A stretch of 64,000 bases of DNA, from assembly GCA_963803975.1 (NCBI GenBank), contig CAWDOY010000053.1, positions 1 to 64,000 on the forward strand, in the 5' to 3' direction. The stretch comes from an uncultured delta proteobacterium. GTDB lineage: Bacteria; Desulfobacterota; WTBG01; CAIYCZ01. Both the position numbers and the translations under genes were made by a program. Numbering within the stretch: position 1 is the first letter of the stretch; each line of letters opens with the position of its first letter. The notes under the pieces were generated by a model. That model did not search any database. It was given only the letters and a program-made list of their open reading frames with translations, and was not told the origin of the DNA. Below, piece by piece: positions 19,346 to 29,604 of this stretch.

Positions 19346-22157
19346 CTACCTCCATGCCGGAGCAGCTCCGCCACTCAGATCAATTGTTGAGTCAACTAAC
19401 ACTTGCGCAAGATACAGCGCGTTGTGAATGTAACCACACGGCTCCTTCTTGCTGAACTGGTAGTTGTATGCTGCCTTCAACAGTTTCGCATCAAATGTCG
19501 TGTAGCTGGCTTCACCAGTATCATGAACATTATTGTTGTTGGCATCAACAAACCAGTACGGGTACGCAGCCCCATCATACACGATGAATTTTCCCAGCGT
19601 GCCCGCAGAGTACGCGCGAATCTGCGTATACAGTGCATCTTCCAGCCCTGCGATTTCACTCTGTATCGACTCGGTCACATTGCCGTCACTGTCAAAGTCA
19701 GTGTTGCCGAATCCTGTGGCCGGGCGAATGTTAGCGAATTCAAAGGTGCCGGTCTGCGACACATCACCAGCGTGACATACGCAGTTGTTGGGGTTAGGCT
19801 TGGTCACCCGGTGCGACGCGTACGACGCATTCAGGCCGTCACTGCCCATATGACACTGCACGCAGTTATTAAACTTGCCGCCGTGAGCAGTGAACGGGTT
19901 CTGACCGGCATAGGTCTTGCCCGCGTACTCGTAGCCGCCCTGCACCTGCGTGCCAAACAGCGATGCTGCTGCTGCGTAATAGTGCACATTGGTGAAGGAG
20001 TACGGGCCGGCGGGGCCTGGTGCTACCTTGGTATCTATGCTCTTCTTGGACTCGCGGCCCTGGTGACAGAGCAGACACAGGTTGCTGTCGTCAGTTGCCC
20101 CGGCACCACCCATATTGGCTTTTAGCCCTGAGGGGAAGGTTACATCTTTCACTGCCAGGCGCGGTGCATTCGTGTCAGTTACACTGCTGTGGCAGTTGGC
20201 GCACAGCATGCCGTTAGCCGGTTCTTCCTGGATGTTGACATTGTTGGTCAGGAAGAACGGGATGCCGGCGCCTGCATGACACTTAGCGCATGAACCCGGA
20301 GGTCCCGGCAGTGCCGGAGCAGTTGCTACATCCCAGTGTCTCCAGGCCTCGGATGAACCGTCAAAGTGTCCTTCATCCACCCGGTTGCAGCCGGCAAGGC
20401 TCACTTCCAATGAGGGTACCAGGGTAGAGAGCTTAATGTTGAGATCCTCTATGGAGTCATACAGCAGCTCGATGATATACTTTGCCATTGTGTGCATAGG
20501 AACCAGGATCCTTGATCGATAACTGGTAGTTGTAGGTTGCCTTGAGCAGCCGGGCTGTATAGGCATTGTACCGGGTGACTTCAGCTGGATCAGCTACACC
20601 ATTGCCATTATCATCAATAAACCAGTAGGGGTTTGCGGCCGGATTGTACACAATGCCTTTACCTGACACGTTTGTAGCATATGCCTGGATAGCCTGGTAC
20701 AGCTTCACTCTGAGGCCGTCTGCTTCATAGTAGAGACCTTCAGTTACGTTGCCGTCACCGTCATAGTCTTCCAGGGAGCCCTTCATGCGGATATTCTTCA
20801 GGGCTGCCTTGTCTGTTGCGCCGGTATGACAGGTAACGCACTTGTCATACTTGAGCTCAAGAGAATGCGCGTCATGACATTTTACGCACGTATCATAGCC
20901 TTCCACGTGGGCAAACTTGGCATCATAGACCTTGCCCGCATACTGGTAGCCGCCCTTTGCCTCGTTGCCGTACAGGGTTGCTGCTGCGGGAAAGTAGTGG
21001 ACGTTCCTGAAAGATGAACCACTATCCACTGCATCAGGGTCTCCTGCCAGTAGCGGTCTGCCGGCAATGTATGCATTCACGCTGTCTGTTGATTGCCGAC
21101 CCTGGTGGCATACCATGCAGCGCGCTTCCGGACCCAGACCCGTGAGCGTAAGCTTGGGAATCGGGGGCACTGCAGTGGCATCACCGGTGGACTCGAGCAC
21201 CACGCTGGTCAGCTCACTTGCCTTCTGGTTATGACATGCCTCGCAGGAGACGACCGTGCCGATCGGTGCCGGGTTATCTACCACACCGGCTGCGGTGCCG
21301 TCTGCGCCCAGGTAGTCAAGATAGCCCGGGGTGCTGTGGCATTTGGCACAGCCGACAGGAACCGCTGGGGTACAGGTTGTGGCTGGGGGTACAGGAGTAC
21401 ATTCATTCCAGTCATTGAAGGCCTCAGCAGTAGTGTCTGCATGGCCGGATTCCTTCCATAGCTCTTCCTGGGGTATCACGTCAACCGTGGGGCAGGCACA
21501 TTCCTTGGTCTCCAGGAAGCAGTTGATGGCCTTGATCACATCATCAATCGAAACCTTGTTGTCTGCGGTTGGATCACCTAAGGGATCGACCGGGTCTAAC
21601 CCCAGAAACATTCTCACTTCCATCAGTATTTCGTTAAGGGCGGTTACGCCGTCCAGGTTAAAGTCAGCGGTCTTGGCAGTAAAGAAACTGCCTGACACGC
21701 AGGCGATCCCCAACGCGTTTCCTGCAGGGTCAGATGCGCTGCACAGGTTGGTCAGGTCTACGCCGCCTACCGGGTTCTTCTTCAGCGTGAAATTTACATA
21801 GGCCACTACGCCATCGCCGATGGGGGTGGTGTTGCCTTCGGTAAATACGCCAACACGCACTACGCCGGGTGACAGCAGGTTGAATGAAACAGTTTTACCC
21901 ACTGCTGAGCCGGCCGGCCCGATGGTTGCGCCGGTGAAATCTAAATAACTGTCATTAAACGTGATGTCCGTGCTCACACCGGCAATATTGGGTGCTGCAC
22001 CGGCAGTGTTGACCAGAGTAATCGGCATGACCGCTGCTGCGCCAAAAGAAGCGCACGGCAGCGCGATATCTGCTAACTTTAATTCTGCTGCAGTTGCCGC
22101 ACTGCATAAAGGCAGGATGAAAAGACATACAAGAAATAGGGTTTTAAAATACTTCAT
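19346..22157 (-). CDS. Secreted cohesin + dockerin-like + multiheme cytochrome c (two pentaheme repeats; 9 CxxCH + 1 CxCH); 1-nt frameshift at about 20482
   Basis: Joining ORFs restores DPGSYAHNGKYIIELLYDS; cohesin N-terminus; duplicated Ca-loop DFNLDG/DPTADNKVSIDD; CHQGRxS and HY.AAA.L(Y/F)G motifs repeated. Confidence 0.85.
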
Positions 22158-22485
22158 TCGTCAACCTCCTAAAAAAATATTTAAATTTAAATTGTTGGTT
22201 GGTTCCCCTTGTTAGCTTTTCTCCCCTTGAACAAGGGGGAAAATGTGTTAGTTATATATATATACTTTCAAAGCATGAAAGGTTATTAAGGGTTATTTAT
22301 ACTTGCCGATTAATCTAAACCGCTACATAAACGGTAGATTAATTTTCATGTATCACGTATTTTTATATCCGCTGTTTCATTACCCTTAGCTGCTGAGAGC
22401 CTTTTGTCTGATGGAACATGGTCGTTTCAGATTAAAAAATCGATTACTGTACAAAATCATACATCAACAGTATAATTATTCAAAC

Positions 22486-22568
22486 AGTACTAACTACCTG
22501 ATTTTTAAAATAATTATGCGAATAACTACGTATGAAAGGAAAAAACATAGGTGGAAACTACTGATATG
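22486..22568. promoter_or_regulatory. Three phased AACTAC boxes (32-bp period) in the divergent intergenic region
   Basis: AACTAC starts at 22492, 22524 and 22556. Confidence 0.45.
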
Positions 22569-22728
22569 AAAAGATAGGGCAGGTTGAATATGACAGCGAC
22601 GCACTTCCAGGTTGGCAATGGATAAACAGAAACATTGACTTTATTTATAAATAATTATAAAATAGAACTTCATTTTTCATTACCTGCCTTTATATAAAAA
22701 AATAAATGTAAAATTAAATAGGTATGTT

Positions 22729-23705
22729 ATGTCTCGCAATCGAATTATTTTTTTTGTTGTGTTTATCATCGCGATATTTACGGGTGTCTATTTTTTAATA
22801 GACCTTTTCGGGCAGCATGCTCTGAACAGACTGTATTCACCCACCAAGCGGATAAGCCTTGAAAAAGGTTATAAGGAAAATATACAAAAAACAATATTCG
22901 TTAACGACCCCCATGAACCTGAGATCCGTATTGCAATTGCACCCATCATGTCTCCTGAAAAATCCCTTCCGATATATAAGGATCTCATCAATTACATGGG
23001 CAAAGTTCTTAACAGGCAGCCGGTTCTGATGCAGAAATCGAGTTATTCTGAAGTAAATGATTTATTGCATTATGATGGCTGCGATGTTGGCTTTGTGTGT
23101 ACCTATCCCTATGTGCTCGGCGAACGTGATTACGGCCTGAAACTGCTGGTTATCCCGCGCATTCGACGGGAAAATAACCATGCACGGTCATTCATCATAG
23201 TACCTGCAGACAGTAAAGCCCAGTCGCTGCTGGATCTGCGGGGAAAGCGTTTTGCTTCCTGCGATATTATTTCGCAAACCGGCTGGATATATCCGGCGAT
23301 CTGGCTTCTGAAGCATGGGGAAAATCCAAAGGAGTTCTTTGGAGAACATATTATCTGCGGAAGCCATGACCGGGCTGTCGGGGCGGTGGCAGACACAGTT
23401 TGCTGATGGGGCTGCTGTTCAAAACCTGGTGTATGAAAAAATGGTTGCCGATGACCCATCTCTGGCCGATAAAGTCCGCATTATCATGAAATCTGAAGAA
23501 TACGGTATAGCCCCCAATAGTTGCAAACCCGCGCATGGATCCGGTGTTGCTGGAGACACTCCGCAAAGCGTTGCTCTCCATGCACGAATCAGCTGAAGGG
23601 AGGGCAATCCTTAACCGGATGGGCATCGAACGCTATGAGGTCCCTGAAAGCAGCCTGTATGACAACTCGCGGGGTGATGCTGAGCTATGGAATCCCAGGT
23701 CGTAA
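22729..23705 (+). CDS. PhnD/AioX-like periplasmic substrate-binding protein (frameshifted)
   Basis: IRIAIAPIMSP, GFVCTYPYV, DLRGKRFA..D..SQTGW, GSHDRAV; no ABC permease/ATPase adjacent. Confidence 0.8.
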
Positions 23706-25168
23706 TTTTCTTAAATAGTATTTTAAATCGGGCGCGCCGGGCACTGAATCAGCTTTTTAACAGCTTTGTTTCCGTGCCGATTTTTATAAAAATTCTCGGA
23801 GTGGGGATGTTCGTTGTGGTACTGTTTGGGGCGATCGTGCTCTATCGTACGCGCATCAGCGTGGCACGGACGTTCTACGGCATGCTTGAAAATGAAACAA
23901 AGACCCTGGCGCTTATGGTTGCAGCCAATTTAGAGCGGCCACTGGCAGTTAGAGATTATTTAAGCGCACAGTTAGTTTTAAATGATGCCAAACAGATTTA
24001 CCCGGACATTCTCTACGGGATCGTGGAAGACAAAGCAAACCGGATTTTCGCCCATACCTTTGAAGGCACTGTGCCGCCTGACCTGGTGGGACTTCTCCCT
24101 CCGGTGACGGGTCTTAATTCCAGTAATAAACCTCATCTGGAAATTTTCAACAATGCAGAGGGGTTTATTATGGAGTCATCAGTACCAATTATCAAGGGGG
24201 AACCGGTGCGTCTCAGGATAGGGACGAGTGACCGGCTGATTAGACAGCAGCTTTACGATCTGACCCGGCTGTTGCTTGTCTCTACGATATTCTGCGCGAT
24301 CCTCGGGTGTGGTCTGGCGCTTATATTAACCTACCTCATAACCCGTCCGGTTAAAAATCTTTTAGCAGCTACAAACAGGATCAGCCAGGGCGATTTCACT
24401 TCAAGATCACATGTCTTCTGGAATGATGAGATCGGCAAGTTTGCTGTTGCATTTAATCGCATGGCGGACAATCTGCAGCAATACCGCAGGGAGGTTGAAG
24501 AAAAGGAAGCTGTCCGCCAGGCCCTGCTTGAAAAGGTCATTTTTATCCAGGAAGAAGAGCGCAGAAGGATAGCGCAGGACCTGCACGACCAGCTGGGGCA
24601 GTCCCTGTCGGTGCATGCTTCTGGATATCCGGCAGCCGGACAGCGGCACACAGTGCTTCTGTGAAAAACACCCCATGATCGAGAAACGGCTAGTCCGAAC
24701 TGATCGATGAAGTCCGCCAGCTGGCCTGGGGCATGCACCCGTCTATTCTTGACGATTACGGACTTGACAAGGCTCTTGAACGCTATGTCAACAACTATTT
24801 CTAAAGCAACCAGAATTGCTATTGATTATCAGTGCCTGTGCCCCCGGCAACTGCCGCGCCTTCCCATCAGAACAGAAGTTGCCCTGTACCGTATTGCGCA
24901 GGAGGCAATTACCAACATCGTGCGTCATGCCAACACCAAACAGGCAAGCGTGGTTTTTATGCGCAATGAACATGAAACAATTCTGCTGGTGGAAGATGGG
25001 GGAAAGGGGTTTGACACAGCAGCTCATTCTGACCGGGAGTTTACCCATATGGGACTGGTCGGCATGAGCGAACGAACGTCAATGCTGAGAGGCGAATTTA
25101 CTGTTGAATCAGTGCCCGGCATGGGCACCACGATACGGGTAAAAATTCCCCAGGAGATGCTTTCATGA
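23687..25168 (+). CDS. HAMP-domain sensor histidine kinase, HisKA_3 type (frameshifted)
   Basis: 2 TM + HAMP (DEIGKFAVAFNRM); EERRRIAQDLHDQLGQSL; YRIAQEAITNIVRHA, EDGGKGF, GLVGM.ER. Confidence 0.88.
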
Positions 25169-25824
25169 CAATCAGAATAATGCTTGCAGATGATCATGCG
25201 GTTTTTCGTAGCGGGCTGCGCGCCCTGCTCGAAAAAGAGGCAGAGTTTCATGTCGTCGCTGAAGCAGGGGATGGCCATGAAACGGTTAAAAAGGCATGCA
25301 GTGAAGCTATTGATGTGCTCGTTCTTGATATCAATATGCCGGGAATGACGGGGCCCATGATTGCGGAGGAAGTCCTGCAAAAATGTCCCCGGCTGGCGAT
25401 CGTAATTTTGACGATGCATGACGATGAATATTACCTGCAGGAACTTTTTAAAATAGGCGTGCGGGGCTTTGTGCTCAAGAAATCCACCGGTACGGACCTG
25501 CTGCAGGCAATCCGTGCCGTAGCCCGCGGTGAGCAGTATGTTGACTCCTCCCTGACCAAATGTGTGCTTTCGCGTTTTATAGGAACCGCGCACGGCAAAC
25601 AGTCCGCCCCCCAGACCAGAAAAGACCTCCTTACCCCGCGTGAACAGAAGATCTGCCAGCTGCTGGCTTACGGGAACACCAACAGCGAAATTGCCGAAAA
25701 GCTTTTCATTTCCGAACGGACGGTTGAAACCCATCGCTCCAATATTTATGCCAAGCTCGGGCTGAAAAATCGGGTAGAGCTGGTGCGCTTTGCCATTGAC
25801 AACGGCCTGATGCTTCTGACCTGA
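25165..25824 (+). CDS. NarL/LuxR-family response regulator
   Basis: LADDH, DINMPG receiver; LTPRE...IAEKLFISERTVETHRSNIYAKL HTH. Confidence 0.95.
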   Translation: MTIRIMLADDHAVFRSGLRALLEKEAEFHVVAEAGDGHETVKKACSEAIDVLVLDINMPGMTGPMIAEEVLQKCPRLAIVILTMHDDEYYLQELFKIGVRGFVLKKSTGTDLLQAIRAVARGEQYVDSSLTKCVLSRFIGTAHGKQSAPQTRKDLLTPREQKICQLLAYGNTNSEIAEKLFISERTVETHRSNIYAKLGLKNRVELVRFAIDNGLMLLT

Positions 25825-25987
25825 TTCGCTGCATCAGGTTACGGTGCGGTCTCAGTAACCAGTCCCCTCCGGCTCAGTATAAAAAGAGATATAGAAACGG
25901 GGCTGCAGTTCTGAGGTTATGGGGAGTCATCCACGCACAACACCTGCATGGTTTTAACCGGCAATGTTCGGGCAGGAGCAACAGGTT

Positions 25988-26725
25988 TTACTTTTTGCAC
26001 ACCGGGCAGTTCGGGTCTTTAGTTACCGCCACATTCTGGAACTCCATTAATTCCCCATCCCATATCAGCAGCCTTCCCGTGAGATTTTTCCCAATGCCGA
26101 CAATCCATTTAATGGCCTCCAGCGCTTCCAGCACACCGATAACGCCCGGTGTTACTCCAGCCACGGGGAACACCGCAGGCGGCGGCGAGCCGGGGAATAT
26201 GCAGTACAGGCACGGGGTAACAGGGGTGTGAATAAAGGTGAGCTGTCCTGACAGACCATAGATGCCGGCATGAATAAACGGTAATTGCTTATCAACCGCA
26301 TAGCGGTTTAGAATGTGGCGCGTGGGAAAGTTATCCAGACAGTCGATAATGATATCGCTGCCGCCCGCCAGCCGGTCAACACTCTCCGGCGTGATCTTTT
26401 CCGGCAGCGCATCAACCACCACATGAGGATTCAGCTCATGCAGCGTTTCTCGTGCTGAAAAGGTTTTGTTTTTACCGATGTCCTTCTCCGCGTGGAGGAT
26501 CTGCCGGTTCAGGTTTGAAAGCTCGGGCTCGCCGTTGTCACAGATACGTATTCTGCCGACTCCGGCCGCTGCCAGGTAGATGGCAACCGGTGACCCCAGA
26601 CCGCCAGCGCCGGCAATGAATACGGTGGAGGAGCGGAGTTTTTGCTGCCCTTCTTCTCCCCAGTTGCGGATGAGCATCTGGCGGTTATAGCGCTCAAGTT
26701 CTTTCTCTGAGAGTTTTACATCCAT
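25988..26725 (-). CDS. HesA/MoeB/ThiF family adenylyltransferase
   Basis: RYNRQ, GAGGLGS, SNLNRQ, CLYC, CPVC. Confidence 0.92.
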   Translation of the reverse strand: MDVKLSEKELERYNRQMLIRNWGEEGQQKLRSSTVFIAGAGGLGSPVAIYLAAAGVGRIRICDNGEPELSNLNRQILHAEKDIGKNKTFSARETLHELNPHVVVDALPEKITPESVDRLAGGSDIIIDCLDNFPTRHILNRYAVDKQLPFIHAGIYGLSGQLTFIHTPVTPCLYCIFPGSPPPAVFPVAGVTPGVIGVLEALEAIKWIVGIGKNLTGRLLIWDGELMEFQNVAVTKDPNCPVCKK

Positions 26726-26818
26726 AGGCTGTTTTTATCTTCTCTGCAGACATGATGCGGACCAAGCACGAATCATTTCCCGAAGGCTTTCGGGATGCTA
26801 TGGTTCGTTTATTATTTT

Positions 26819-27361
26819 TTACCCTGGGACCCTCGAATCCTCGACCCCTTGAACCCTTTTTTTAAATAGTTTTATAATCTCGTCAGCAATACTGTCAATG
26901 GTTCTGCCCGCGGTGTCAATAATAAAATCCTGCGCTTTCATATACAGGGGCAGCCGCTGCTGCAACACCTCTGCCACTTCTTCAGTGAACGACTTCCCCG
27001 ATGTGAGCGAAGGGCGATTGGTGTCATCCTGTATACGGCCCGTGATAGTCTCCGGGTCAGCGTTCAGCCAGAACAGAAGGCCATTTATTTTCAGCCGGTC
27101 AATATTTTCCTGCCTGAGGACAACGCCGCCGCCGGTGTCAATAATGCAGGTATCCTTTTCAGCAACTTCCTCCAATAGTTTTGCTTCCCGGTCGCGGAAA
27201 TAATTCCAGCCGTGCTGCTCAACAATAGCAGGAATTGAACAGCCCTCATGTTCCACAATGATTGCATCCAATTGAAAAAGAGGCCAGCGCAGCTTATGGG
27301 AAAGCTCTTTGCCAACAGCTGTTTTTCCGGTTCCGCGATAGCCGATGAGCACGATGTTCAT
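26819..27361 (-). CDS. aroK: Shikimate kinase
   Basis: GYRGTGKT P-loop, FRDRE, TGGGVV, RPSL. Confidence 0.93.
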   Translation of the reverse strand: MNIVLIGYRGTGKTAVGKELSHKLRWPLFQLDAIIVEHEGCSIPAIVEQHGWNYFRDREAKLLEEVAEKDTCIIDTGGGVVLRQENIDRLKINGLLFWLNADPETITGRIQDDTNRPSLTSGKSFTEEVAEVLQQRLPLYMKAQDFIIDTAGRTIDSIADEIIKLFKKRVQGVEDSRVPG

Positions 27362-27513
27362 ACGGTTGCTTTAAGGGACGCAGATTTACGCCGATTATCA
27401 GGATGCAAAGAAATTTTCATTAAGAAGACAATTACCTGTTTTGGAGTAGAGCAGATGATATTCTGAAGGTATGAAAAATATCTGCGTTCATCTGCGTACA
27501 TCAGCGTCCTATG

Positions 27514-28376
27514 TCATGTAAAATGTTTGTCCAGCACTGCCCGCATTACCTCAACCGGAGCCGGCTGCCCGGTCCAGAGGGTGAACTGAACAGCAGCCTG
27601 GTTGAGAAACATCTCTATCCCTGAGACAACAGTGCATCCTGCCTGCAGCGCGTCTCTGAGTAATTTAGTTTTACGCGGATTATACACTATATCAAAAACA
27701 GCCGGCTGCTTTAGCAGCAGGTCACGGGGGATTAACGATTCATCAGCTCTTCGGATACATGCCTACCGGGGTCGTGTTGATCAGCAGGTCGCATTCCTGC
27801 AGCGCAGCACTTAATCCATCGGGAGAGAACTCTGCAGTCACCGGCTTGCAGGCTGCTTTTGGCTGCAATGTCCGATGCCAGCTGCGCAAGCTCTTCCGGT
27901 ATAATGCCCAGAAGCGTGAGTGCTGCAGGAGGAGCCTGTAATGCCATGGTGACGGCAATGGCCCGTGCAGCACCCCCGGAGCCCAGAATGGTTACCCGTT
28001 TTCCTGTCGGGTTGCAGCCTGCATCGCGCAATGCCTGGAGCGCTCCGGTACCATCGCTGTTATAGCCGGCAAGATGCCCGCCGGTATTGACAATCGTATT
28101 GATGCTGCCGATAGTGCGGGCGGTTTCATCAATGGTGTCAAGCAGCGGCATGACCGCAATTTTGTGCGGGATGGTTACGCTGACTCCTCTGATACCCAGC
28201 CCCCTGATGCCCTCGATTGCTTTTTTGAGCTGCGTAACATTAAAAGCAACATAGGCCCCGTTGATGCCGCGTGCGGCAAAGGCAGCGTTGTGAATGGCAG
28301 GTGACAGCGAGTGCTCGATAGGATTGCCGATCACCGCACAGATAGTTGTCCGTCCGTCAATAGGCACTGCATTCAT
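27514..28376 (-). CDS. aroE: Shikimate dehydrogenase (frameshifted)
   Basis: HSLSPAIHN, VTIPHK, NTI, YNSDG, GSGGAARA; INTTPVGM in the shifted frame. Confidence 0.92.
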
Positions 28377-28453
28377 AGCAATACGCACTGTATAATTCGG
28401 GTTGAATGAATGTAACGTGTTGGTGAGAAGAAAATAACAGGCATTAATTAAAA

Positions 28454-28483
28454 AAGGAGAGCCCCTATGGGCGGGCTCTCCTT
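28454..28483 (-). terminator. Intrinsic terminator after khpA
   Basis: AAGGAGAGCCC..GGGCTCTCCTT with T tract on the minus strand. Confidence 0.75.
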
Positions 28484-28498
28484 CTCTGCATACAAAAA

Positions 28499-28736
28499 CT
28501 ATTCAAGAATTTCCAGGATACAGCGTCTGCTCCTGTTTGGCAGAAGCAGCACTCAGAATGGTCCGTATTGATTGTGCCGTTCTTCCTTTTTTCCCGATGA
28601 CTTTGCCGAAATCGGTTTGGGCAACCCGCAGTTCGATGACCGCTGTTCTTTCCCCTACTATTTCAGTGATGTGCACCTGTTCAGGATTATCCACCAGCGC
28701 TGTAGCAATTTCTCTTATCAGTTCTTTCATGTCCAT
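28499..28736 (-). CDS. khpA: KH-domain RNA-binding protein (KhpA/YlqC family); frameshift near C-terminus
   Basis: [19 protein letters not shown]...[29 protein letters not shown]; own TTGACA-16-TACACT promoter at about 28831-28858. Confidence 0.88.
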
Positions 28737-28869
28737 AGTCCCCTCCCATTCCAGGGTTAGTTGTGCCTGCTGCGTTGTGTTAAGTTGTGAATGTGCTGGA
28801 GTGCTGCTGTAGATATACTGTCTAATTTGCAGTGTAGTCGATCTGCGACCATTGTCAAGTATAATAAGG

Positions 28870-29450
28870 GTATTTTCTAACCGGGCGGCTATGAGTTCAA
28901 GGAGGTGAGCGGGGGATCCATGTATACGAGAGAAGATCTTATCTTCGAGAGTTCTGGTTTTTATTTTCTGCAGCATGATATAGTGTTGCGACTCCCGGCG
29001 CCTGCCATACCGCTGCATGAGGTCTTCAAAGCGCTGGTCCAGACTGACAACGGTCGAGTGCCGCACCCGTTTATCCGCATAATTTACCACTTCTTCTTCA
29101 GTCACCCTGCCGTTGGCATCCATGACCGGGACCGAGATGTGGGCATTAACTATCTGCGCAATGCGCTCATAGCCGAGGGAGCGCAGCAGGTGCGCGCCGG
29201 TCTCGGCGTGGTTTTCGCGGGAGCGGATGCTGTTTGTTTTTGTGATGTCATGCAGCAGTGCGGCCGCCTCAATCTCGTGGAGATTAAGCTGCTCGCCGTT
29301 TTTATTCAATTCATTTGCCAGCGCCAGCGCCACCGTGCATACAACGGCGCAGTGCTCACGTATATGGGGAAGCATCTGATAGCTCTCCATGAGCTGGAAG
29401 CAGGTAGTGCGGTCGGGGATAGTGTTGCTGCTGTTCATTTTAGTTTCCAT
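28870..29450 (-). CDS. HD-domain (HDIG-like) metal-dependent phosphohydrolase; 3' end approximate
   Basis: [26 protein letters not shown]. Confidence 0.8.
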
Positions 29451-29545
29451 CTTGAACAATAGAGCTGAAGGCTGAGAGCTGTCTGCTGAAAGCTTTTATA
29501 TATATATTTCATTATCAGCCCTGGAGCAAGCATCATCGAAAGATA

Positions 29546-29581
29546 AAAAAGCCCCGCTGCCAATACAACAGCGGGGCTTTT
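29546..29581 (-). terminator. Bidirectional-type intrinsic terminator after ppdK
   Basis: AAAAAGCCCCGCTG-loop-CAGCGGGGCTTTT. Confidence 0.85.
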
Positions 29582-29604
29582 ACCATGATTATAGAAATAC
29601 GGAC

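Noticed and set aside
23400..23410. Selenocysteine read-through at TGC-TGA in the PhnD-like gene
   Set aside because: The homologous-looking sequence continues in another frame (ADGAAV), so this is a frameshift, not recoding
28503..29459. HD-KH fusion protein suggested by the ORF track
   Set aside because: khpA has its own RBS and a TTGACA/TACACT promoter inside the supposed linker; the HD stop was probably lost through an indel
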